Shown here in pieces: positions 34,029-44,077 of a DNA stretch of 64,000 nt (its first letter is position 1; each line of letters opens with the position of its first letter). Under the pieces are notes generated by a model. It was not told where the DNA came from. It made no database searches and saw only the letters and a list, made by a program, of their open reading frames with translations. A program made the position numbers and the translations under genes. Source of the stretch: Aquificaceae bacterium (lineage in GTDB: Bacteria > Aquificota > Aquificia > Aquificales > Aquificaceae); NCBI GenBank assembly GCA_025057455.1, contig JANWWY010000003.1, forward strand, positions 15,821 to 79,820, written 5' to 3'.

Positions 34029-35143
34029 GAAGTTGGGTTAAATATGGTGTTTTTCTACTGATAATCTTTGCCATGGTTCTTTGGCTGGGCGGGTTTTTAG
34101 CCAAGAAGGAAAAGGCGGGTGAAATTAAGAGGGAATCTCCTCATGTCCAGGGGCTCACCGTAGGCCAGGTGGAGAAGGCTATCGAAGTAGTCTCTTACTA
34201 TGCTGGTCAGGTGGTTGCAGATAAAAGAGTAGAAGTCTCCACAAGGCTCATGGGTAAAATAAAGGGTGTTTTTGTAGAGGAAGGGCAGAGCGTTAAGCTC
34301 GGACAGACCCTTGTCAGCATTGATGCGGAAGACATAAAGGCGCAAGCTTCTGCCTTAGACCATCAGGTAGCGCAGGCTGAGCAAGCTCTTAGGTCTGCTA
34401 TGGCTCAGCATGATGCGGTCAAAAAGACCTTTGAAAGGTACTCTGCTCTTCTCAAAGAAGGTGCAATAACCCAGCAGGAGTTTGACCAAGTCAAGGCACA
34501 GTTTGAGTCTGCAAAGGCTCAGGTAGAACAGGCAAGAGCGGGTATAAAAGCGGTTCAAAGTCAAAAGCAGGCGGTTGTTAGCAATCTAAAATACTCAAGC
34601 ATTACCTCTCCCATTTCTGGCTATGTGGTGCAGAAAAATGTAGATGCCGGAGACCTTGCTGTTCCTGGTCATACCCTTCTTGTAATAGAGAGCCCACCCT
34701 ATCTTTTTGAAGTGTTTTTGCCCGAGAGGTTTGCAGGCAAGGTTAAAGTAGGTCAAGAGTATAGCGTACAAATACCTTCCTTGGGTGAAAACTTAACGGG
34801 TAGGGTGGTGGAGGTCTCACCCTCCCTTGATGTTGCCACAAGAACCTTCAGGGTAAAGCTTCAGCTCCAGCAAAAAGAGAGTTTAAGAAGCGGTATGTAC
34901 GGAAGCCTTTTACTGCCAGAGAAAGTGGAGGTTCTGCTGGTTCCAGAGTCTGCCATAGTCAGACGTTTCGACTTTACGGGCGTCTGGGTAGTAAAACCCG
35001 ATAATACCTTGGAGCTAAGGTTTGTAAAGCTTGGCGAGAAGAGAGGGGACAAAGTGGAAGTTCTTTCGGGGCTTAAAGAAGGCGAGAGGATAGTCATCCA
35101 GGGTGTGGAGAAAGCCTGCGAAGGCTGTAGGGTAGGAGGCTAA
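34025..35143 (+). CDS. RND efflux periplasmic adaptor (MFP)
   Basis: N-terminal anchor, lipoyl halves (VEEGQSVKLGQ; SPISGYVV), helical hairpin, TRTFRVK, GLKEGERIV. Confidence 0.9.
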   Translation: MRSWVKYGVFLLIIFAMVLWLGGFLAKKEKAGEIKRESPHVQGLTVGQVEKAIEVVSYYAGQVVADKRVEVSTRLMGKIKGVFVEEGQSVKLGQTLVSIDAEDIKAQASALDHQVAQAEQALRSAMAQHDAVKKTFERYSALLKEGAITQQEFDQVKAQFESAKAQVEQARAGIKAVQSQKQAVVSNLKYSSITSPISGYVVQKNVDAGDLAVPGHTLLVIESPPYLFEVFLPERFAGKVKVGQEYSVQIPSLGENLTGRVVEVSPSLDVATRTFRVKLQLQQKESLRSGMYGSLLLPEKVEVLLVPESAIVRRFDFTGVWVVKPDNTLELRFVKLGEKRGDKVEVLSGLKEGERIVIQGVEKACEGCRVGG

Positions 35144-35146
35144 GGT

Positions 35147-38100
35147 ATGTACGGTTTTGCTGGAAGACTCGCCCATTACTTTATTGACTCCAAGCTTACG
35201 CCCGTTCTCATACTGGTATCCCTAGCCCTTGGTTTGTTTGCAGTCATAACCACGCCCAAGGAGGAGGAGCCACAGATAGTGGTTCCCATGATAGACATAA
35301 TGATATCCTACCCGGGTGCCACGCCAGAGGAAGTGGAAAGAAGGGTAGTAGCACCCTTAGAGAAAAAGCTCTGGGAGCTAAAGGACATTGAATACATATA
35401 CTCCGCCAGCATGGAAGGCATGGCCATCGTTACCGCCAGGTTCTACGTAGGCACAGACCCCGTAAAGGCTCTGGTGGACCTAAACACCAAGATGCTATCC
35501 GCAATGGACCTGGCACCACCCGGAGTAATGCTCCCACCTCTCATAAAGCCCAAATCCATAGACGATGTGCCCATACTGACCCTTACCCTTTGGAGCAAAC
35601 ACTACGACTCTTATGACCTTAGGCGTATGGCGGAAGCCTTAGAGAACGAAATAAAGAAGGTTCAAAATGTAGCGGATGTCTTCTTGGTGGGAGGAAGACC
35701 GAGGCAGGTGCGCATAATCCTTGACCCCCAAAGGATGTCCGCATACAGAGTCTCCCCGTTACACATAGCTCAGCTAATTCAGTCTGCCAATTCCCAGGCT
35801 CTTAGCGGTAAGATTGTCCAGAGCGATAAAGAATACACCATAAGGACGGGTGAGTTTCTACGCTCTAAAGAGGATGTGGAGAACATAGTAGTGGGCGTGT
35901 TTGGTGGAAAGCCCGTGTATCTGAAGGATGTAGCCACCGTCGTAGACGGACCTTCTGAAGTTAAAGACTACGTGCTTATGGGTTTTGGACCTAAATACCA
36001 AGAGAAGGGTATAAGTGGTGTGAATTCTGGAGAACTTTACCCAGCGGTTACCATAGCGGTATCAAAAAGGGTTGGCACTAATGCGGTTGTGGTTGCAGAG
36101 GAAGTCCTCCAGCTTGTGGAACACCTAAAGGGCAAGATAATACCAAAGGACGTCAACATAACCGTCACAAGAAACTACGGAGAGACTGCAAAGGAGAAAG
36201 CTGATACCCTTATAAAGAAGCTCATTATAGCAACCTTTTCCGTCATACTTCTAATTGCAGTTGCTCTTGGCTTTAAGGAAGCTATAGTGGTTGGCATAGC
36301 GGTGCCTGTTACTTTGGCTATAGCTCTATTTCTCAGTCAAGTTTTTGGCTTCACCCTTAACAGGGTTACCCTCTTTGCCCTTATCTTTGCCATAGGCATA
36401 TTGGTGGACGATGCCATAGTGGTCGTGGAAAATGTCCACCGCTGGTTTGAGCTAAAGCTCGCCAAAACACCAAGGGAAGCCATCGTAAGAGCCACAGACG
36501 AAGTAGGAAACCCAACCATACTAGCCACCTTTACAGTTATCGCAGCACTTATGCCCATGGCCTTTGTGACGGGTCTTATGGGTCCTTACATGAGACCCAT
36601 ACCCATAAACGCCTCCGTAGCAATGTTTTTCTCCCTACTGGTAGCCTTTATCATTACACCGTGGGCAAGCTACCTGCTCCTGAGAAAACACTTTGATAGA
36701 GAACATGAAAAGAAGGAAGTAGACGTAAAGGAGACAACCTTCTGGAAAATATACTCCCGCATAATGGTCCCCCTTCTTGTAAGCAAGCCAAAAAGGTACG
36801 CTTTTTATGGCTTTACTCTTGCACTCATGGGTCTATCCGTAGGTCTTCTTATAACAAAGGTTGTCGTTGTAAAGATGCTACCCTACGACAACAAGAGCGA
36901 GCTTCAGATTGTGATAGACATGCCAGAAGGCACATCCTTGGAGAAAACCTTAGAAGTCACAAAAGCCATAGGCGATTACCTTTCCAAGCAGTCCATAGTA
37001 ACTGACTATCAGATATACGTGGGCACTTCTTCACCCTTTAACTTTAACGGTCTTGTAAGACATTACTATCTGAGGCAAGGGTCCAACCTTGCGGACATTC
37101 AGGTAAACCTCATACACAAGGACAAGAGAAAGGAACAGTCCCACGATTTTGCCAAAAGAATAAGACTTGCGGTGCATGAAATAGCCAAAAAACACGGTGC
37201 CAAATATGTGGCTGTAGTGGAAGTCCCACCTGGTCCACCAGTCCTCTCACCAATAGTTGCAGAGGTTTATGGTCCCGACCTGAAGCTCCAGCAAGATTTT
37301 GCAAGACAGGTGTTAAAAGCCTTCAAAGATAGTCCAAGCATAACTGACGAGGGGATTTATCTGGAAGACCCAGCACCACTTCTGAAGTTTGTGGTAAAGG
37401 AAGACAAAGCAAAGATGGCTGGGCTTTCAAAACAGGAACTGGTCCATACACTTCATGCACTTATAGGCGGATATCAGGCGGGAATTATGCAAAACACGGA
37501 CACACAGCACACGCCCATAATAATTAGGTTTGATGAGAAATACAGGACAATAGATGTCTTGCGCATGCTTCAAGTGCCCACAAGGGATGGAAAGTCCGTT
37601 CCCCTCTCTGAGCTTGTGGAGGTAAAAGAGGATACTGTGCCAGCCACCATATACCACAAAAACCTTAGACGCGTTGCGTATGTGATAGGTGATGTGGCAG
37701 GAAGGGAAGAAGCACCCTTCTATGGCATTTTGGATGTCAGGAATAAGGTCTTGAGCTTACCCAACCCTTACGGGGAAGTAGGTGAACTCTGGATGTCCCT
37801 GCCCCTCTTAGAAGACCGTGTATACGTTAAGTGGGATGGTGAAATGCACATAACCCTTGAGGTCTTCAGAGACCTGGGTCTTGCCTTCGGTGTGGCTCTA
37901 TTTGTTATGTATGTGCTTATTTTAGGTTGGTTTAAAGACTTTAGAATACCGGGCATCATCATGGCACCCATACCCCTTACTCTTGTGGGCATAATCCCAG
38001 GACATCTTATAATGAACGCCTTTTTCACCGCTACCTCCATGATAGGCTTTATAGCCCTCGCAGGCATAATAGTGAGAAACTCCATACTTCTTGTGGATTT

Positions 38101-38389
38101 TGCGGAGGAGAGAATAAAACAAGGCGTGCCACCTCACCTTGCTGTGGTTGAAGCGGGTGTCATAAGAACGAGACCCATACTCCTTACCGCTGTAGCAGTA
38201 ATAGTGGGTGCTTTCGTTATCATCTTTGACCCCATCTTTAACGGGCTTGCCATATCCCTTATCTTTGGAACCATAGGTTCCACTACGCTAACCCTTGTTT
38301 TAATACCTGTCATGTACTACGCCAGCAAGGTAAAGAGAATAGGCACACTTCCAACCGCAGAGGATGTTCAGAAGGATATACTCAGATGA
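35147..38389 (+). CDS. RND efflux permease (AcrB/CusA family)
   Basis: 1080 aa, EEPQIVVP, GILVDDAIVVVEN, GIIVRNSILLVDF, RTRPILLT. Confidence 0.93.
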   Translation: MYGFAGRLAHYFIDSKLTPVLILVSLALGLFAVITTPKEEEPQIVVPMIDIMISYPGATPEEVERRVVAPLEKKLWELKDIEYIYSASMEGMAIVTARFYVGTDPVKALVDLNTKMLSAMDLAPPGVMLPPLIKPKSIDDVPILTLTLWSKHYDSYDLRRMAEALENEIKKVQNVADVFLVGGRPRQVRIILDPQRMSAYRVSPLHIAQLIQSANSQALSGKIVQSDKEYTIRTGEFLRSKEDVENIVVGVFGGKPVYLKDVATVVDGPSEVKDYVLMGFGPKYQEKGISGVNSGELYPAVTIAVSKRVGTNAVVVAEEVLQLVEHLKGKIIPKDVNITVTRNYGETAKEKADTLIKKLIIATFSVILLIAVALGFKEAIVVGIAVPVTLAIALFLSQVFGFTLNRVTLFALIFAIGILVDDAIVVVENVHRWFELKLAKTPREAIVRATDEVGNPTILATFTVIAALMPMAFVTGLMGPYMRPIPINASVAMFFSLLVAFIITPWASYLLLRKHFDREHEKKEVDVKETTFWKIYSRIMVPLLVSKPKRYAFYGFTLALMGLSVGLLITKVVVVKMLPYDNKSELQIVIDMPEGTSLEKTLEVTKAIGDYLSKQSIVTDYQIYVGTSSPFNFNGLVRHYYLRQGSNLADIQVNLIHKDKRKEQSHDFAKRIRLAVHEIAKKHGAKYVAVVEVPPGPPVLSPIVAEVYGPDLKLQQDFARQVLKAFKDSPSITDEGIYLEDPAPLLKFVVKEDKAKMAGLSKQELVHTLHALIGGYQAGIMQNTDTQHTPIIIRFDEKYRTIDVLRMLQVPTRDGKSVPLSELVEVKEDTVPATIYHKNLRRVAYVIGDVAGREEAPFYGILDVRNKVLSLPNPYGEVGELWMSLPLLEDRVYVKWDGEMHITLEVFRDLGLAFGVALFVMYVLILGWFKDFRIPGIIMAPIPLTLVGIIPGHLIMNAFFTATSMIGFIALAGIIVRNSILLVDFAEERIKQGVPPHLAVVEAGVIRTRPILLTAVAVIVGAFVIIFDPIFNGLAISLIFGTIGSTTLTLVLIPVMYYASKVKRIGTLPTAEDVQKDILR

Positions 38390-38658
38390 TGAATATCTAT
38401 AGCCTATAGACTGGATGATTGGAAGGAAGCGTAGAAAGTTGAGCCTTTCATCAGCTAAACCGCACAAATCAAGTAGAGAACTAAAATTCTCAATTGCCTA
38501 CGTCAATAGAGTGAGGACACATAGAATAAAGAGGTTTGGAAGTATAAAAATATGAGGAAGGTGGTGGAGAGTAGATGTTAAGGTATCATGCTGAGGAAAA
38601 GTGCTATGAGTATCCTTCGCTATGGACATTTAGCCAAACCAGTGAGTCCTGAGCTTTT

Positions 38659-38946
38659 CTAAACCCTTATCAAGCTGTCCGTGGTTCCAAAGGGGTTCGG
38701 CACCATCTCATCCGCCTCTGGGTCATTTTCCCAGATGTGTCCGTCTATGAGGTATTTAAACCTGTAGCTGTTTCCCTTCTTCAGTCTCTTGCTTATCCAG
38801 AAGGTGCCATCCTTTTTCCTTTTGAGTTCCTCGGGCTTCCAGCCGTTCCAGTCTCCCAAAATTTCTACCTTTTGAGCGTCATCCCTTTTCACGTAAAAGC
38901 TTACAACGCATACATCCTTTCCCTCTTGGTATGTCTTGTTTATCAT
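38659..38946 (-). CDS. stand-alone CBM48/isoamylase early set (AMPK-beta-like) glycogen-binding protein
   Basis: VEILGDWNGW, YRFKYLIDG.WEND, NPFG; SD GAGGAGG. Confidence 0.85.
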   Translation of the reverse strand: MINKTYQEGKDVCVVSFYVKRDDAQKVEILGDWNGWKPEELKRKKDGTFWISKRLKKGNSYRFKYLIDGHIWENDPEADEMVPNPFGTTDSLIRV

Positions 38947-38984
38947 GTTTTACCTCCTCTTTTATCTATGCTACCATATATTGA

Positions 38985-40481
38985 ATGCAATTGAGCTTAA
39001 AGCTTGAAGAGGTAAAAAATCTTCTTAAAGAATACAAGCCAGTGCCCCTTTTCGGAGAGTTCATGGCAGACACAGAAACACCACTTTCCATATACATGAA
39101 GTTAAGGCACGGTTGGACACATAGCATGCTCTTAGAGAGTGCAGAGGGTGGTATGAAGTGGGGCAGGTATTCCTTCGTGGTGCTCTCCTCTGGCTCTTAC
39201 TACGCATGGAAAAATGGGATAGGCTACATCTACAAAAAGGGAAAAGTGGACATCTTTCCTGAAAAAGACCCCTTAAAGCCCGTAGAAAAGATTTTAAAAC
39301 ACTTCAAGCCCTATACAGACCCAAGACTTCCAAGGTTCTGGGGTGGGCTTGTAGGTTATGTAGGATACGATGTAATAAAATGCTACGAGCCGATAGATGA
39401 TAAAAATCCGGACCCCCTTGGTCTTTTTGACCTTTTTATGGTTAACAGCCATGCGGTGGTGATTCATGACAATCTAAGCGGTAGCCTGAAGGTTGTGGTA
39501 CCTCTGTTTGGTTATGGGGATGTTGAAGAAGAATACGAAAAAGCTAAGAAGACCATAGAGAGCATAAGGGAAAGTATATTTAACACCTGCGTCTATCCCA
39601 TGCACTTTCATAAGAGGGAAGCACAGCATGAGGACTGGGAGGCTAACTTTACGAAGGAAGAGTTTATGCGGGCGGTTTCAAGGGCAAAGGAATATATAGC
39701 GCAAGGTGATGTGGTACAAGTGGTCCTATCTCAGAGGTTTAAGAAAAAATTCCATAGTACCCCAGAGAGTATATATAGGTCCTTGAGATACCTCAATCCA
39801 TCCCCTTACATGTATTACATGGACTTGGGAGACCTTAAGGTAATAGGCTCTTCCCCCGAGGTGTTGGTAAGGCTCGAGGGCAAAAGAGTTGAGACAAGAC
39901 CTATAGCGGGCACTCGTAGGAGGGGTTTAACTCAAGAGGAAGACCTTCAGTTGGAGCGGGAGCTTTTGGAAGACCAAAAAGAGAGGGCAGAACACCTAAT
40001 GCTCGTGGACCTTGCAAGGAACGACGTAGGAAGGGTTAGCAAGCCTGGGAGCGTCAGGGTAGAGGGCTTTATGAGGGTGGAGAGGTATTCTCATGTGATG
40101 CACATAGTAAGCGACGTGCTTGGTGAACTAAAGGATGGGCTCTCCGCCTGCGATGTGCTTAAGGCTCTCTTTCCTGCTGGCACGGTCTCTGGTGCACCCA
40201 AAGTTAGAGCCATGCAAATCATAGAGGAGCTTGAAAATGAAAGAAGAGGTATATACGCAGGCGCGGTGGGCTACATATCCTTTGAGGGCAACATGGACAT
40301 GGCTATAGCCATAAGGACAGCTCTTGTTTTAGGTGACGAGGTTTTTGTGCAGGCTGGGGCTGGCATAGTTGCGGACTCAGACCCAGAGAGAGAGTGGTGG
40401 GAAACCGTAAACAAGGCAAAGGCTCTCATGAAAGCGGTAAGCATGGCGGAGTCAGTCCAGGAAGATGGAAAGGCTTTTTAA
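38985..40481 (+). CDS. trpE: anthranilate synthase component I
   Basis: [65 protein letters not shown]. Confidence 0.93.
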   Translation: MQLSLKLEEVKNLLKEYKPVPLFGEFMADTETPLSIYMKLRHGWTHSMLLESAEGGMKWGRYSFVVLSSGSYYAWKNGIGYIYKKGKVDIFPEKDPLKPVEKILKHFKPYTDPRLPRFWGGLVGYVGYDVIKCYEPIDDKNPDPLGLFDLFMVNSHAVVIHDNLSGSLKVVVPLFGYGDVEEEYEKAKKTIESIRESIFNTCVYPMHFHKREAQHEDWEANFTKEEFMRAVSRAKEYIAQGDVVQVVLSQRFKKKFHSTPESIYRSLRYLNPSPYMYYMDLGDLKVIGSSPEVLVRLEGKRVETRPIAGTRRRGLTQEEDLQLERELLEDQKERAEHLMLVDLARNDVGRVSKPGSVRVEGFMRVERYSHVMHIVSDVLGELKDGLSACDVLKALFPAGTVSGAPKVRAMQIIEELENERRGIYAGAVGYISFEGNMDMAIAIRTALVLGDEVFVQAGAGIVADSDPEREWWETVNKAKALMKAVSMAESVQEDGKAF

Positions 40482-40994
40482 CCCAGCCCTTTTGAAAAGC
40501 TCCCTCTTAACCATAGCCTTGAAAAGGTCTTCCCTTTCTTTGAAAACCTTGAACTTACTCACAATTTGTGCTTTTTCCTCCTTGCTTAAGCTTTCCCAGA
40601 GCCTTTTTGCTATGAGGCTCTCCAAAGATTGGAGAAACTCCTCCGCCTCCTCCACATTTCTTGGATTTGGCTTTTCCAACTCCTGACCTAATACAGTTTC
40701 TGCCATATTTACTTTTTCCTTGAACCTTTCCCGCCAATCCTTCCTGCTGGTAACTCTCTCTGTGTGGTGCCTTTTTAGCTTTTCAATCTCCCCAAAACTC
40801 ATAAAAAGGGGAAGCTTTGCCCTCCTTTCTGGCGGATAGAAAAGAAAAAACTTCCTTATGCCCTCCTTTACTATAGAGACGGGGTAGCCTTCCTCTTCCA
40901 AAAACTTTAGAAACCACCTGTCTCTCGGTGAAAGAAAAAAACCACTACCCCTAAGCTCTAATATAAAGTCCTTAAGCTCTCTGTAGTAGCTCAT
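40452..40994 (-). CDS. conserved hypothetical protein (possible DnaD-like helical domain)
   Basis: 180-aa ORF coupled to trm1; pattern LSPRD..FL..LEEEGYP.SIV.EGI. Confidence 0.7.
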   Translation of the reverse strand: MSYYRELKDFILELRGSGFFLSPRDRWFLKFLEEEGYPVSIVKEGIRKFFLFYPPERRAKLPLFMSFGEIEKLKRHHTERVTSRKDWRERFKEKVNMAETVLGQELEKPNPRNVEEAEEFLQSLESLIAKRLWESLSKEEKAQIVSKFKVFKEREDLFKAMVKRELFKRAGLKSLSIFLD

Positions 40995-42093
40995 GGCTTC
41001 TTCTTATAAGCTCTTCATGGCTGAGGGATGTTCTAAAGCCCTCGCCTGTGAAGTGAGTTCTTACCCCTTCAAAGACCTGTAAAAACCTCTCTAAAGGGGG
41101 TGGCTGACCTATTTTAAAAGCTTCGCTCATGGAGGATATGGTGTAAAAGCCCACGGTCTGAAGTTTTGACTCCTCCCTTATCCTTTTCAATAGCTTGTTG
41201 GTGCTCTCCGATATGTTTACAATACCCCTCATCTGCCACATGTTCTCTACCAGTTCCCTGTCCCATAGGTCTCCCAGCCAAAGAGGTCCAGCCACCAAAA
41301 GCCTATTACCGCAGTGGGGGCATACATGAACCAAAGCCTCCAATACTACACTTCCCCTAAAGAGGCATCTGTCGCAGTATAGCAAGTAGCCCAATTTTTG
41401 AAGAAGTGCGTCAGTCCTCTTCGGTCCTAAATCCTTCTGAAAGAATACTCTAAAGTAGTGCCTGTAAGAGTAAGAAAATATTGGTCTTAGAGCGTAGTCC
41501 ATTTTTGCCCCTTCTTCAACTACCTTCTTTATGAGTATCCTTATACCCACTTCGTGGTAAAACTCCGCAGAAAGAAGAGGCATGGAACCATACCTTCTTA
41601 TGCAGGTTTTGGGATAAGTGCCGGAGAGTACCGACGTGTCCGTGGCGGTTACCGCAAGAATTCCGTATCTTGAAAGTGGTATTACACTACTTTCCAAGTA
41701 GGGCACGGGTGAGCCGAAAGGGTCCACATCCACGTAGTGTAAGCTCCTGAGCTTTCGCATAAGAAGGCAGGCATCCTCTTGGTATATCTCCACCTTTTCC
41801 TTTCCTATGTTGTTGCTCTCCAAGAGCCTCCGAAAAAACTCCACAGCTCTCTGGTTTAGGTCGTTGTATATGGCTCTTTCCACCTTGTTAGTTTCAAGGA
41901 GCATCCTCAAAAGCCTTACACCGCTTGCACCCATCGGGTCGCAAACTCTCAAACCTTCAAAGGGAATAGTCAACAGCAGGAGTAGGCTTATGTCCCTGTT
42001 TTCCCTCATATGGGGGTTGTAAAAGACTTCCATCCGCGAGGATATTACTTGGGGAAGTTCAAGGTCTAAAACCACCTTTCCCTCTTTTATCAT
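40972..42093 (-). CDS. trm1: tRNA (guanine-26,N2,N2)-dimethyltransferase
   Basis: VFYNPHMRENRD, GASGVR, VDVDPFGSP, TATD, CDRC/CPHC Zn finger, GPLWLG. Confidence 0.93.
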   Translation of the reverse strand: MIKEGKVVLDLELPQVISSRMEVFYNPHMRENRDISLLLLLTIPFEGLRVCDPMGASGVRLLRMLLETNKVERAIYNDLNQRAVEFFRRLLESNNIGKEKVEIYQEDACLLMRKLRSLHYVDVDPFGSPVPYLESSVIPLSRYGILAVTATDTSVLSGTYPKTCIRRYGSMPLLSAEFYHEVGIRILIKKVVEEGAKMDYALRPIFSYSYRHYFRVFFQKDLGPKRTDALLQKLGYLLYCDRCLFRGSVVLEALVHVCPHCGNRLLVAGPLWLGDLWDRELVENMWQMRGIVNISESTNKLLKRIREESKLQTVGFYTISSMSEAFKIGQPPPLERFLQVFEGVRTHFTGEGFRTSLSHEELIRRSHELLQRA

Positions 42094-43094
42094 GAAAGCC
42101 TGAATTCTTTCACAGTCCGCACTAAGAGCCTCACCTTCTCTAAGTCCATATCGGGCATGAGACCGTGACCAAGGTTAAAGACATACTTCGTTTTTCTTGG
42201 GATGCACCTGAGGAGCTCGTGAGTTTTTTTCACTATGGTATCTTCATGGCAATAAAGAACCGCCGGGTCAAGGTTGCCTTGAAAAGCCTTTGAACTTTCC
42301 CTCATAGCACCCACCATGTCTACCGTCCAGTCCACAGATAGAGCGTCCACAGGGAGACCTTCAAGGGCTTTCAGGAAAGACCCAGAACCTCTGAAAAAGT
42401 ATATAAGGGGAACACCAGAAAAACTCTTTAGCTCCTGAAAAAGAGCCTTTAGGTACGTTTGGGCATATTCCTCAAAGTCTTCGTAGGGCATGTGCATAGC
42501 CCAGCTGTCAAATATCTGCACAACATCCGCACCCGCCCTTATCTGACCCTTTAGGTATTCCAGAAGGTTATCCACAAGAAGGGACACAAACCTTCTGCAC
42601 TCTTCCCTTCTTTGCCACATGAAAAGCTTTGTTTTCTTAAAATCCTTGCTGGAGCCACCCTCTATAGCGTAAGCCATCAAGGTAAAAGGAGCACCGCAGA
42701 AGCCTATAACTGGAATGTCTTTTACCTGAGTCTTCACACCCCTTATTATCTCACCCACAAACTCTACCTGAGAGAAGTTAATCCTCTTGAGGCTTTCTAC
42801 TTTCCCGTCCCACTGGAGCCTTGGTCCTTCGCCCTCAGAAAATTCTACCCCAATGCCAGCTGGCTCAAGGGGCACAAGTATATCGGAGAATATTATGACC
42901 GCATCCACACCAAGAAGTTCTACGGGCAACAGACTTGCTCTGACTGCAAGCTCCACATTCTTGCAAAAGGCTAAGAAATCCCTCTCTTGCTCTCTAAGGG
43001 CTCTATATTGAGGCATGTATCTTCCAGCCTGACGCATCAACCAAAGGGGAAAACGTTCTATCCTTTCACCCTGAAGACTCTTTATAAGAAGCAT
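42090..43094 (-). CDS. hemE: uroporphyrinogen decarboxylase
   Basis: WLMRQAGRY, IIFSDIL, GAPFTLMAY, QIFDSWA, QGNLDP, FNLGHG. Confidence 0.96.
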   Translation of the reverse strand: MLLIKSLQGERIERFPLWLMRQAGRYMPQYRALREQERDFLAFCKNVELAVRASLLPVELLGVDAVIIFSDILVPLEPAGIGVEFSEGEGPRLQWDGKVESLKRINFSQVEFVGEIIRGVKTQVKDIPVIGFCGAPFTLMAYAIEGGSSKDFKKTKLFMWQRREECRRFVSLLVDNLLEYLKGQIRAGADVVQIFDSWAMHMPYEDFEEYAQTYLKALFQELKSFSGVPLIYFFRGSGSFLKALEGLPVDALSVDWTVDMVGAMRESSKAFQGNLDPAVLYCHEDTIVKKTHELLRCIPRKTKYVFNLGHGLMPDMDLEKVRLLVRTVKEFRLS

Positions 43095-43192
43095 GACTTA
43101 ATATCTTAACACAGTTGTTTTCACCCCCCGAGGGGGGTGAGGGAGGAGGTGAGCCATGGGGGTTGCTGGGGATTAGGATATAATAATATAGC

Positions 43193-44038
43193 ATGGAGTT
43201 TACGAAATTGCAAGGGTCTGGAAACGATTTCATAGTTATAGATAACAGGGAAGGCATAGTAAACCAGCTCATAAAAAAGCTCCATCTTACGATGAAGGAC
43301 TTTGTCCTTCGCCTTTGCAGACCTCACACAGGCATAGGTGCGGACGGTCTTATTCTCATAGAGCCACCCAAAGACCCAGAGAACCACTTTAGCTGGCAGT
43401 TTTTCAACGCAGACGGTTCAGTGGCCGAGATGTGCGGGAACGGCTCACGATGTGCGGTCAGGTTTGCCTATGAAAAGGGTATAGTGGACGGAGAAGTAAG
43501 GTTTGAAACCTTAGCGGGCGTTATAAGGGCATGGATAACAGAAGGCGGTAAAAGAGTAAAGGTCCAGCTTACAAAACCATACGGCTACAGAGATGTGGTG
43601 CTTGAGGTGGAAGGGAGAAAGATAGAGGGAAGCTTTATAAACACAGGCGTGCCCCATTTTGTATCGCTTGCGGAAGACATAGAAAACATAGACGTAAAAA
43701 AATTGGGTAGAGCCATAAGGTTCCACAGGGAATTTGAGCCTAAGGGTACGAATGTGAACTTTATCAAACCCGTATCCCCTAAAGGCATAATCATAAGAAC
43801 CTACGAGCGTGGTGTGGAGGGTGAAACTTTAGCCTGCGGGACGGGTGCAACTGCATCAGCTATAGTGGCTCACATAAAAGGTTTAGTGAGGGAAAAACCC
43901 GTGGAGGTCTATACCAAGGGTGGTGAGCTTCTCAGGATAGACTTTGATGAGGCTTACCAAGAAGTCTTTTTGGAGGGTGGTGTGTGCAAGGTTTTTGAGG
44001 GCTTTATCACAGAAGAAGCTCTCCTTTGCATGAGCTAA
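43193..44038 (+). CDS. dapF: diaminopimelate epimerase
   Basis: GSGNDF, GADGL, EMCGNGSRC, NTGVPH, TYERG, LACGTGA. Confidence 0.96.
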   Translation: MEFTKLQGSGNDFIVIDNREGIVNQLIKKLHLTMKDFVLRLCRPHTGIGADGLILIEPPKDPENHFSWQFFNADGSVAEMCGNGSRCAVRFAYEKGIVDGEVRFETLAGVIRAWITEGGKRVKVQLTKPYGYRDVVLEVEGRKIEGSFINTGVPHFVSLAEDIENIDVKKLGRAIRFHREFEPKGTNVNFIKPVSPKGIIIRTYERGVEGETLACGTGATASAIVAHIKGLVREKPVEVYTKGGELLRIDFDEAYQEVFLEGGVCKVFEGFITEEALLCMS

Positions 44039-44077
44039 CTCAGTGACACAGAAAAGGTTAAGGCTATCATTTTTGCC

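Noticed and set aside
43121-43387. 88-aa minus-strand ORF spanning the hemE-dapF spacer
   Set aside because: Mostly antisense to dapF, no recognisable motifs; its low-complexity end comes from the GC-rich hairpin
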